A model generated the notes under the pieces. The model worked only from the letters and a program-made list of their open reading frames with translations, had not been told where the DNA came from and made no database searches. Below are positions 1-10,264 of a DNA stretch of 39,142 nt, piece by piece. How positions within the stretch are numbered: position 1 is the stretch's first letter; each line of letters opens with the position of its first letter. A program made the position numbers and the translations under genes. Source of the stretch: Octopus bimaculoides. Taxonomy: Eukaryota. The stretch spans positions 109,239,238-109,278,379 of the forward strand of contig NC_068985.1 of assembly GCF_001194135.2 (NCBI RefSeq), read 5' to 3'.

Positions 1-100
1 GTATAGATAGATACAGACACACGAGCTCGCGCACACACACGCACACACATACACACACACACATATATAAATATGTATGCAAGTATGTATGTATGTATAT

Positions 101-300
101 TTGTGTGTCTGTATTTTCCCCCACCATCGCTTGAGAACTGATGTTAGTGTGTTTACATCCCCGTAACTTAGCGGTTCTACAATAAGTGACCGATAAAATA
201 ATTAGTAGCATTACAAAAATTAAGTCTTGGGGTCGGTTTGTTCGATTAAAGGTGGTGCTCGAGCATGGCCGCAATAAATTGACTGAAAAATAAAAGAATA
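101..300 (+). mobile_element. SINE family B, 3' half
   Basis: Matches the 3' half of the 4135 and 31775 copies (ccccgtaacttagcggttc...ggtgctcgagcatggccgca). Confidence 0.85.
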
Positions 301-305
301 AAATA

Positions 306-342
<37 letters not shown>

Positions 343-837
343 ATGACAAACTTATATCCTACCTATGTCCTACACAAGGTCGATGAATTTTTAGAATTCT
401 GAATACTGTGCCTCTCGATCTGAGAGATACTCTCGTATAGACGTACTGTGCTAAGAGCTTACATTTATCGCTACCAGATGAGAACTGTCCGATATGGGAG
501 CGGAACCACCAGGCCGTGTGACGTCAGCGCCATCGCGCGACTTCACTAATATATGTCCTGTCACAGGACATCGGGAAAATCTCACTGTCAACAATATAAA
601 GATCAACAGTGACGTTTCGGTCAATGATGCCGCAAATAAACAGTAGGCTTATTAAAATAATAAACATTAGCGATAAAAGCAGTATTAATACCGAATGGTA
701 ATTCCTATATTCTAATCAACGTTGATGTATTATTACGACGCTGAATACTGCGGCACTTGGCATGAGACACTCTCGCGCACAGATGGACAGTGCTAGTAGT
801 ACACATGTATTGGTGCCAGACGCGAAAGGTCCGGTAT

Positions 838-872
838 ATATACATACATACATACATACATACATACATACA

Positions 873-900
<28 letters not shown>
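838..900. repeat. (TACA)n microsatellite
   Basis: Direct reading. Confidence 0.97.
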
Positions 901-907
<7 letters not shown>

Positions 908-909
<2 letters not shown>

Positions 910-1046
910 GGAAAAAAGGACAAGGTAGAAAATGCTAAGATAATTTTTTCATTATGAACATTTTAGTAGCAAAGACTGAAACCGGTACTAAAATGTTCTT
1001 CATGATAAAATTATTTTAGCATTTTCTGCCTTGTCCTATTTTCCTT
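908..1046. mobile_element. Hairpin-type MITE (Tc1/mariner-like TA target)
   Basis: 61-bp inverted arms (908-968, 986-1046) with 6 mismatches and a 17-nt loop, flanked by (TA)n on both sides. Confidence 0.7.
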
Positions 1047-1534
1047 ATATATATACACATATATAATGTAGGTTCGTAGGGTAAAATCCCTGCTATTTCT
1101 CCTTGAAGCATATCTGTTTATTTCTTTATTACAATCGAGTATGTAGTTGCTGTCGTTGTTGTACTGATGTAAATTATTGTTTGGAGAGTTATTTTACATG
1201 CTAGATAGACATGCTATATAAACATAGAGGAAGGAAGAATATAGTCATGAACAGACATACACACTCTCTTGGCCTCCCCAATCTTGACCAAGCGGAATAT
1301 CAGGGATATGACTGCAGGAAGCAGAGAAAATTTCGTGAGCAACTGGCTGGTATTCATTTTGCAATGAATAGACAGGAGCAAAGCGAAATGATGGGTCTCA
1401 CCCAAGAGCACAACGCACCGCCCAGTCGAACGCACAATCTACTGATCATGTTCGCACTAACCAAGCCACTTAGCCATGAATAAGATTCAGTTTGAACAAA
1501 TATGTGTAAATGCATCATGGCCAAATTATCTCTT

Positions 1535-1865
1535 GCCGACAATATTTGAAACTACAGAAGTCATGATACAAAAGTTGTAAACAAGTGTTATCCTTTATAA
1601 CTGTCAGCTTCTGGCTGCAAGCTCATTATAACAATATTATCAAGACATCACTGGCATTATACAGTTATTCTTGTCTTGTGAACTGGCAGATCAGCCATCG
1701 TTATATAATATTTTTATTCTTCGGTGACTACAATGCATAGACGCGTCAGCGTTGTTATTCTATTTCGTGTATTTTCTCTTAATAATAGTTCGTATGCAGT
1801 ATATAAATTATGAAGATATAAATAAACCGGTCATGCTACGGCAGAAAGTCCTGAATGACATATAA
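1535..1865. repeat. Diverged inverted repeat, left copy (partner 3483-3845)
   Basis: Reverse complement shares blocks such as gtttatttatatcttcataattta, aagaataaaaatatta, acaagaata and gttataatgag in colinear order. Confidence 0.85.
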
Positions 1866-2094
1866 TTTTATGTAGGCTTTTCAATTTCTGGTACCACTCC
1901 ATCTAGAGACCATGTTCGTCTCTGTGGAATGAATGTAACTGGAAATCGCAACGTCGTTGTGTTAAAAAGAATTATAAAACAGCATTTGTTCAACTACAGA
2001 AAGAATCTGGACCGTAGTTATTTGTTATTCACAAGCATTCCACAGATCTACAGTATTCGGACAAAAACGTTTGCATACATATGCAACTCTTATA

Positions 2095-2280
2095 GTTGGC
2101 AGAATCATTAGCACGCTTGAGGGAATGCTTAGCGGTCTGGGTTCAAATTCCATCCGAGGTCGACTTTGCCGTTCATCCTTTTCTGGGTCGATAAAATAAG
2201 TACCAGTAAAACACTAGGGTCGATGTTATCGACTTAATCCCCTTCTCTAAACTTCCCTAGTGACACAAATTTGAAATCGT
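2095..2280 (+). mobile_element. tRNA-derived SINE, family A
   Basis: tggcagaatcattagcacg head, ggttcaaattcc B-box, central gaggtcgactttgcc.ttcatcctt..gggtcgataaaataagtacc. Homologues at 9138, 9287, 21678, 27481 and 35893. Confidence 0.88.
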
Positions 2281-2967
2281 TATAGCTTATAGTGACACAC
2301 AAGGATGTTGCGTTGAATGTACACGGGATACATTTACTATTTTACTCGGCCTTTACATCCGCAATGGCATTTGAGAGATATCACCAGGAGGGTAACGACT
2401 GCTTTTCTTTTCTATTTGGCATTTGACGAATGACGAATTTTATGTTGTCTTTTTTCGTTCATCAATCCAAATGTGATGCGGATTAAAATTTACGGTGTTA
2501 GTCAGCATGTTATGCAATTGCCGCCTGATGGCGCTGATACAAATTTTATGCGTACATACATACAGAGATACATACGTACATTCATACATACATGTGGGTG
2601 GTGTATGTACGTATGAAAGTGGCATCAGTACCATCATGCAGTAATTGGACAAAATGTTGAGTAATAAACATAGATACATATATGCATGCATATACACATA
2701 AACACGCACACATGTATATATATATATATATATATATNNNNNNNNNNNNNNNNNNNNNNNNNNNNNNNNNNNNNNNNNNNNNNNNNNNNNNNNNNNNNNN
2801 NNNNNNNNNNNNNNNNNNNNNNNNNNNNNNNNNNNNNNNNNNNNNNNNNNNNNNNNNNNNNNNNNNNNNNNNNNNNNNNNNNNNNNNNNNNNNNNNNNNN
2901 NNNNNNNNNNNNNNNNNATATATATACGCATGTACATTTATATGTATGTATATATTTATTTATATGT

Positions 2968-3003
<36 letters not shown>

Positions 3004-3103
3004 GTATATATGTATGGGGAGAATTCACACAAAAAAAATACGAAGACAGGTGGTGTAAAAAACAAACAGATGTATTAGTATAACGCTCGGGAATTGAAAA
3101 AGT

Positions 3104-3139
3104 CTTTAACGTTTCGAGCCTACGCTCTTCCACAGAAAG
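3104..3139 (-). ncRNA. Minimal type I hammerhead ribozyme-like motif (variant core)
   Basis: CUUU / CUGUGGA-A / GAGC-GUAG-GCUC / GAA / ACGU / U / AAAG. Stem I is CUUU:AAAG, stem II is GAGC:GCUC, stem III is the palindromic ACGU. Core position 6 is U instead of the canonical A. Confidence 0.55.
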
Positions 3140-3151
3140 GAACACAGAAAG

Positions 3152-3199
3152 AAACAAGGAGAGAGTCAAACAAGGAGAGAATCAAACAAGGAGAGAAAA
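3152..3199 (+). repeat. 16-bp unit tandem repeat x3
   Basis: aaacaaggagagagtc aaacaaggagagaatc aaacaaggagagaaaa. Confidence 0.9.
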
Positions 3200-3219
3200 A
3201 ATGTGTAGTGGTTAGCGAT

Positions 3220-3262
3220 CTTATATATATATATACACATAGATACATATAAATATACATGC

Positions 3263-3331
<69 letters not shown>

Positions 3332-3439
3332 CGTGTGTCTGTGTGTCTCAACATGTATATATATACATATATGTATGTATGTACGTACGTATGTATGTAT
3401 GTATGAATGTATGTATTATGTATGTATGAATGTATATAC

Positions 3440-3470
<31 letters not shown>

Positions 3471-3490
3471 TGTATGTTTGTATATATGTA
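3220..3490. repeat. Compound (TA)n/(TG)n/(TATG)n microsatellite
   Basis: Direct reading. Confidence 0.95.
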
Positions 3491-3845
3491 GAAGGCTTTT
3501 TAGTTGCACTACCATCAGTTTATTTATATCTTCATAATTTATACATACTGCATACGAAAATGTTTGTCGCATATTATACTTTCCTATAAAGATTATTACC
3601 ACAAGAAAAAGACATAAAACAGTATATCAATGCAGACATGTCTATGCATCGCAATCATTTAAGAATAAAAATATTAAAGAGTCGTGTCTCGTCTGCTGGT
3701 CCACAAAACAAGAATAGAGCAACAATGTCAGTGATATCGTGATAATGTTATAATGAGTTTGTAACCAGACACTGAAAGTTATAAACGCAAAATAGAGGAT
3801 TGTTTAATGTTATGATTACTTAACGTAGTCAGTAAAGAATATATT
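3483..3845. repeat. Diverged inverted repeat, right copy (partner 1535-1865)
   Basis: Same shared blocks as the left copy; carries an extra ~35-nt insertion. Confidence 0.85.
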
Positions 3846-4049
3846 AAAACGGACACACAGACACAGACACAAAACGCATACATAAGTATAATCCAATAGG
3901 CGATTATGTGCGCATGCGTGAGTATGTACGTTCGGTGGTGGTGCATAGGTTTTAGTTATTATTTGTATATTTTCTTGTGTGAGTACCTATCCGTGAGTGT
4001 GTGTGTATATGTATACATACAGGAGCATATGTAAATACAAACACATGTG

Positions 4050-4102
<53 letters not shown>

Positions 4103-4134
4103 ATATGTATGTACACTCACACTCAATACATAAA

Positions 4135-4517
4135 GATGTGGCTGTGTGGTAAGAAGCTTGCTTCCCAAGCACATGGTTCCGGGTTCAGTCCCACGGCGTG
4201 GCACCATGGGCAACTGACTCCTACTATAGTCTCAAGACGACCAAATATGTGGGAATGGATTTAGTAGCCGGAAACTGAAAGAAGCCCGTCGTATATATGT
4301 ATGTATAAATTTGTGTGTGTTTCTGTTTGTTCTCCCATCATCATCCCGTAAGGACAACCGATGTACTTACGTCCCAGTAACTTAACGGGTCGGCAAAATA
4401 GACCGACAGAATTAGTACTAGGCTAACAAGGATTAAGTCCTGAGTTGATTTGCGCGAATAGAAGCGGTGCTCCAGCATGGCTGCCGTGAAATTATTGAAC
4501 CAAGTAAAAGAATAAAA

Positions 4518-4520
<3 letters not shown>
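4135..4520 (+). mobile_element. tRNA-derived SINE, family B (full length, internal microsatellite)
   Basis: A-box-like TGGCTGTGTGG and B-box-like GGTTCAGTCCC; internal (TA/TG) tract; 3' half ends gcggtgctccagcatggc...aagtaaaagaataaaag. Homologous copies at 101, 28746, 31775, 33054 and 38263. Confidence 0.9.
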
Positions 4521-4576
<56 letters not shown>

Positions 4577-4577
4577 T

Positions 4578-4636
<59 letters not shown>

Positions 4637-4890
4637 AAGGGAGAGAAAATCAACAAATGAGATCATCTTCGGATCTCATTTGTTGAGTCTCTCTCTCTCT
4701 CTCAATATAGAAAGCACCTTGTACGGCTGAAAAGATTTGAACTTACGCTCCGAAATCTTCACCAATTATCAGGTCTGCTGAATGGGGAATGGTTTTAAGA
4801 GGAATCTAGTTGAGCAGATATGGAGATAATGAAATAAGGAAGCAAATAAAAATGCTTGATATAGACATATAAAATATACATACATATATA

Positions 4891-5279
4891 GGCGCAGGCA
4901 TCAATGGACGTTCTTTGCCCTGTCTTCGGTAACCACCTCATTTCCAGGTGTGATGACGTTCCTTGGCCCGCTTCGGTCTCTTGATTTGTCCATGTGTGAT
5001 TATTTCTTGTGGAAAAACCTCAAGACACGTACGTATGCGCATAAGCCCCGTACATTAGACGATTTAAAGAAACTATTCGCGTGGAAGTCGCCCAGATCGA
5101 CAAAGAAATGGTGGAGAAAGTGGAGGCCAACTTCCAAGAACGCCTTCAGAAATGCATCACTTAAAATGGACACCACATGATTCAATTCGAACACATTGGT
5201 GTCAATAAAAATTGTTTGCGGCTAAAATCAATGATCTTGTGAATTTTTCACAAACGTTTGTCCACTCTACTACAACCTG
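4891..5279 (+). mobile_element. Tc1/mariner-superfamily transposon, decayed 3' portion
   Basis: Frameshifted translation SMDVLCPVFGNHLISRCDDVPWP/LRSLDLSMCDYFLWKNLKTRTYAHKPRTLDDLK/IRVEVAQIDKEMVEKVEANFQERLQKCI matches the WPPRSPDL..CDFFLWG.LK..VY...P.TL..LK motif. Ends in ...acaacctg followed by TA. Confidence 0.88.
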
Positions 5280-5307
5280 TATGTATATATATGTATGTAT
5301 GTATGTT

Positions 5308-5393
<86 letters not shown>

Positions 5394-5431
5394 CAAGTAG
5401 TTTATATATCCGAAAAGAAGCACGCCCTAAA

Positions 5432-5469
5432 ATATTACACCAGTAATATATATATTACTGGTGTAATAT
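5432..5469. repeat. Perfect 38-bp palindrome
   Basis: atattacaccagtaatata|tatattactggtgtaatat, no spacer. Confidence 0.95.
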
Positions 5470-6299
5470 ATATATAGTTTAAACTTGTTTTTTATGGTCG
5501 ATCAGAGAGAGATCATTGGTCACGCACCTTTAAAGAGACTATACAGGTAAGCGCTTTATAGGTGCGAAGCAAATGGCCGCTTTAAATATATTGATAGATA
5601 GAAAGATAGATGAATAGATAGAATGCGAGACAGATGTGATTGCGTGTATAAGTACATGAATGTATGTGTGCGCGCGCACGTGTATTTGTCCGTGTACGTA
5701 TGTACGTATGCATCTACAACACGGGTCAATTGGTATACAAACGTGAGTTTACATGTGGTGTTGCTTAGCAGAAATGCATCTTCTCTACTAATAGGGGGAG
5801 GAGAGCAAAGAGAGAAATCTATCTACATAATGGAATGCTTTCTTTGCTGGGTCTTATTTCTTTTATATAGAAAATGAAAGAAGCAATGTTAACTACTACA
5901 TATATCAACCGAAACAAACCGATACTTCTTTTTTAATGATTTCGAAATGCAAAATAGTCTTATTAGTGAATCTAGAAAACTAAGAAAAAGCTGATTCATT
6001 TACTGGATGCAGATAAATATGATCAACCGGAATTTTACAACAGGCTGCCCCGAGGTAGTGAATGCCGTGGATAATTCGTTCAGAATTTTAGAATTTCAAA
6101 CAATGTTTATATTTCGTTAATTGACCGTTCGATGAACTTGACTCAGGCGCAAAACTTCAAGTAATGGAAAATATATTTATTACATTAGACATATTGATCA
6201 GACATTAACTTCACCTAAAAAAAAAATATATATATATATAGTGAGCATATGTGTATGCTGGCGAATACCTACATAAATACAAACAAACACGCACAAACA

Positions 6300-6403
6300 C
6301 ATACACGCATAGTAAGCATATACTTGTATATATGGAATTGTGTGGAGAGAGAGAGAGAGAGAGAGAGAGGGAGAAAGAGGTAAATATATATATATATATA
6401 TAT

Positions 6404-6445
<42 letters not shown>

Positions 6446-6474
6446 GGATAGATAGATAGATAGATAGAGATAAA

Positions 6475-6550
<76 letters not shown>

Positions 6551-6560
6551 CATACACACT
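6300..6560. repeat. Compound (GA)n/(TA)n/(GATA)n/(CA)n microsatellite
   Basis: Direct reading. Confidence 0.95.
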
Positions 6561-7099
6561 ACATGAATAAATTTCATAGGCATGTTTTTGTCTATTAAGT
6601 ATATACGCATGTGTTTGCCTACCTGTCTATTACACACTCCTATACACTTTGCAACGTCCTCGCCAATACAATTATAGAAACGTACTATTTTGATTATATA
6701 TACGTGCGTAAGTGTGTACATATGCGAGTGTGTGTTTGTGTGTGTGTGTGTATATACGTGTGAGTGTGTCGGTATGTGTGTGTGTATGTGTGTAAATATT
6801 GAGTTTTATTTACTACATTAAAAATATTTTAATTACAATTCAGCATTTTGCAATTTTCCTCAAATTGCAGGTGTTCCTGCCTTACATATTTGCGAAATTA
6901 TATATATATATATATATGCACATATATGCATGCATTTTCGTGTGTCTGTGTGTGTGTGTTTGTTTGTGTTTGTGTGTCTATGAGTGTGTGCGCCGACGCA
7001 TTTGTTTAATGTAAAGTATAGATCATATAAAAATATTTAGGAATTATATTTCTAAGTCCTAAAGCTATGTTATTCTGTTTCAACACAAATAATTCATAG

Positions 7100-7128
7100 T
7101 ATTATTACTACTACTAATACTGCTGCTG

Positions 7129-7179
<51 letters not shown>

Positions 7180-7231
7180 TTAGAGTAACAACAACAACAA
7201 TAAAAATAACAATAATAATGATAATAATAAT

Positions 7232-7293
<62 letters not shown>

Positions 7294-7300
7294 TAATAAT
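7100..7300. repeat. (CTA)n/(CAA)n/(TAA)n trinucleotide microsatellite
   Basis: Direct reading. Confidence 0.95.
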
Positions 7301-7509
7301 CTTTATTGGAAATGCCTTCTAGATTGCATACGCTCATATAACGAATTTGTGAAGTTCCATCTTTAAAATATATTGGTGTATATATTTATGCTTGATTTCC
7401 AACATGTATATGCAAGTTTTTAACAGAATATTCAATATATTGGGCAAAATATGCCTATGAAATTTCTATATAAATTAGACAAGTATTTTTCTTTGATTGA
7501 TGAATTGTG

Positions 7510-7600
7510 ACACACACATACACACACACGTGCGCATACACACTCACATGCACACACGCGCGCACACGGACACGCACACACGCATACATATCTATGTGTG

Positions 7601-7680
<80 letters not shown>

Positions 7681-8022
7681 TAGATATAGATATATATATA
7701 TATGTACTTATGTATGCATATATATATATATAATATATGCACACATACATATAGACATATACATATGCATACATATTCATGCATACACACACGTAACACG
7801 CGCACAAATACATACACATACACACACATATACACATCCACGTACACACACATACACACGCACATTCACACACATGCACATATATAGAGATACAGAGAGA
7901 GGCGGAAGCAGGGGTAGGGAAAGAGAGGGAGATGGTGGGATGGAGGGAGAGGCAGGAGGGAGAGGAAGACAGAGGGAGAAGGGGTGGGGAAGAACAGGAG
8001 GAGGGAGAGAGAGAGAGAGATA
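7510..8022. repeat. Compound (CA)/(TA)n microsatellite followed by a GA-rich polypurine tract
   Basis: Direct reading; 7890-8022 is almost purely A/G. Confidence 0.9.
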
Positions 8023-8434
8023 GTGTTTATCACTTCAACATGGCTCTTATATAAATGCACACAACATATATATAACTTCGATAAACTAGTTATTAATATA
8101 AAGAATTTTGATAATAAACTATGAACTCATATACGAATAAATGGCTTTCTAAAGTACAAAAGTTTTTTTCGAGAAGAATGAATTGTTAGTATTTTGTTGT
8201 GCATTCGTTAAATCTGCCAGCTTGCGAACGAGGAGAACGTAGTTCAATCCCTTTTGGTGGCCTCCTGGGTTTCAGTACAGTAAAGAAACTGATCAACATT
8301 CTTTGCATAGCATTATAATATCTCGCTTATGTACTTGATTAGTGATTTGATCGGAGACTGTGTTCTTTTATCTGTTACTGGTTCTAGTCATCGGACTGCA
8401 GCCATGATGGGGCTCGAGTTTGAAAGCTTTAGTC

Positions 8435-8792
8435 CAGTGATTCTCAACCGGTGAGAGTCCATATAAGATTTTGTGGGCTCCACGCAACAAAATTGTAAAT
8501 TGGGGATCCAATTTACTCGCAAGAGTAAATACAAAATACTCGCAAGATCCAAAATGCTAGCAAGAGTATTTTAAGTGCCCCTGAAAAAAATGTTGCTTTA
8601 GATGTATATAATGTTATTTATTGCAAGAAATAAATATGTTTTTCTACCATTTTACATAATTTAACCCACCCTAGTTAATGTGTGAAAAACAAAATAGAAA
8701 ATTTGAAAGAAGTTTCTATAATCATAGAATGGTCATGAGAATCCACCAGAATAAAATAGTAATCAAAGGGGTACATAGATAGAGAACCGCTG
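8435..8792. mobile_element. Non-autonomous hAT (Charlie-type) MITE, 358 bp
   Basis: TIRs CAGTGATTCTC / GAGAACCGCTG. 8-bp TSD ctttagtc (8427-8434) / ctttagac (8793-8800) with central TA. Confidence 0.85.
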
Positions 8793-8940
8793 CTTTAGAC
8801 GAACAGACCGAACCCAAAACTTGTCCTTTTAAGTCTAGCATTTATTCTATTGTCAGCTTGCACACACATACACATATTTACATATATACATACGTACTTA
8901 CTCATACATACTCGTACATATATGCGCGTGATTGTTGGTG

Positions 8941-8975
<35 letters not shown>

Positions 8976-8979
<4 letters not shown>

Positions 8980-9137
8980 ATGCGACCTTTTAAAGCCTAG
9001 CCAGGCTCATGGGCTCGGTTTCCCGGTTTCTACGGCGTATGTGTTCACTCCAGCTGGACGGGACGCCAATCCATCGCAGCGTTACTCAAGAAGCAGGAAG
9101 AAAGAGTGAGTGAACGTTGGGGCGAAAGAGTACAACA
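8976..9137 (-). mobile_element. SINE/LINE 3'-end fragment
   Basis: Reverse complement contains gcgatggattggcgtcccgtccagctgg...gaaaccgggaaaccgag and ends in a short (TCA)/(TA)n tail. Confidence 0.55.
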
Positions 9138-9447
9138 CCGAAGTCAACTTTGCCTTTCATCCTTTCGAGGTCGATAAATTAAGTATTATTTGCGTATTGG
9201 GGTCGATCTAATCGACTGGCCCCACTTCCCCTCAAAATTTCGGGTCTTGTGCCTAGATTAGAAAAGAATATTGAACTTATACATAAGGCGACGTGCAGGC
9301 AGATTTGTTAGCTCGCCGAGGTTTAGTTTGTCTTTCATCCATTCGGAGTCGCTAAAATGAGTACCAGTTGAATACCAGGGTTGATGTAATCGTTTCAGCC
9401 CATTCCCGAAAATTGCTGGCCTTGTGCCAAAATTAAAAGTCAATATT
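9138..9447 (+). mobile_element. Two tandem partial SINE family A copies (9138-9272, 9287-9447)
   Basis: Both carry the tttcatcc.ttcg..gtcg.taaa.t.agta core and the ttgtgcc tail. Confidence 0.85.
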
Positions 9448-10102
9448 GAATGTATATATGTTTGCGTGTGTGCATGTATGTCTGTGTGTGCGCATGTGTA
9501 ATGTGTCTGTGTCTGTGAGCGTAGATAGGTAACGCGAGGTATACAAAAGGAAGTGGATTTCACTATTTCCCATATTTACGTTGATAAATTGATGTATTTG
9601 TTCGGAGAGTTTGCGCTAAAGTTTATACACCTGTAAATGTGTAAGATAGCATAACGAATAGAAACGTCACACAGCGAGGAGACCATTAGGTTTTATTCGA
9701 AATTGAGAAAAATCCAAATTTCCTTTGAGTCACATTTATATATTGATTTCTGTCTCTGCAGAGACAACCTGAAAGTTTTCTATCTGGAAAGCTTGTCATA
9801 TTATTAAAATAGCCACAACAGTGATGGTCTCCTGGTATTACAATTTATCAATATACCAATATCCTTAATATAACAATATCACTTTTAATTCATTGTCACC
9901 ATGTCCTGTTGTATTAACTTTTTCTCCGATACCACAATATCTCCGTATACTTATATAAATATTATATCTATCTTAATAAACAAATATTACAACATGGCGA
10001 TATTAGATATTGTATTTATAATATATAATATAGAATCGCATTTGATAAGTCACTGAAAGTTTCAGAATTAATATTTTCCATATGGTCGTACGATACTGGC
10101 GA

Positions 10103-10264
10103 CTAAAAATCAGTCTTGTTCTTCTTCAGATAATGTGGAATTTCAGTGTTATTCGATATATGGTTCTTCGGGGTTGGATGTTTTGAATAACTGTTATGAA
10201 GAGAGGTATCTATTCTGAGTGGACTCTCAAGAACGCTGTAGAATATCTCGCCAGTTGTGCACAA
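10103..10264 (-). pseudogene. Orphan, highly diverged terminal exon of a second S-crystallin/GST-sigma paralogue
   Basis: Acceptor ttatttttaaggattag|TTG, phase 0. Open for 53 codons: LCTTGEIFYSVLESPLRIDTSLHNSYSKHPTPKNHISNNTEIPHYLKKNKTDF*. 14/54 identities to the 28585-28421 exon with one gap, in the same register from splice site to TDF/TEF-stop. Confidence 0.75.

Larger units (their letters stand above)
3040..3220 (-). mobile_element. Penelope-like element terminal-repeat fragment carrying a hammerhead-like motif
   Basis: The minus strand reads ctttctgtggaagagcgtaggctcgaaacgttaaag, the GAAG..hairpin..CGAAACGT signature typical of PLE termini. Confidence 0.6.

Noticed and set aside
3152-3199. 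Repeat array as CRISPR-like
   Set aside because: Three abutting 16-bp units with no spacers, in eukaryotic DNA.
4135-4200. tRNA-like A/B boxes (also in other SINE heads)
   Set aside because: No cloverleaf; they continue into SINE bodies, so they are not tRNA genes.
5523-5566. 13-bp imperfect inverted repeat enclosing a cag|gtaagc donor-like site
   Set aside because: Isolated; no supporting exon chain or Helitron terminus.
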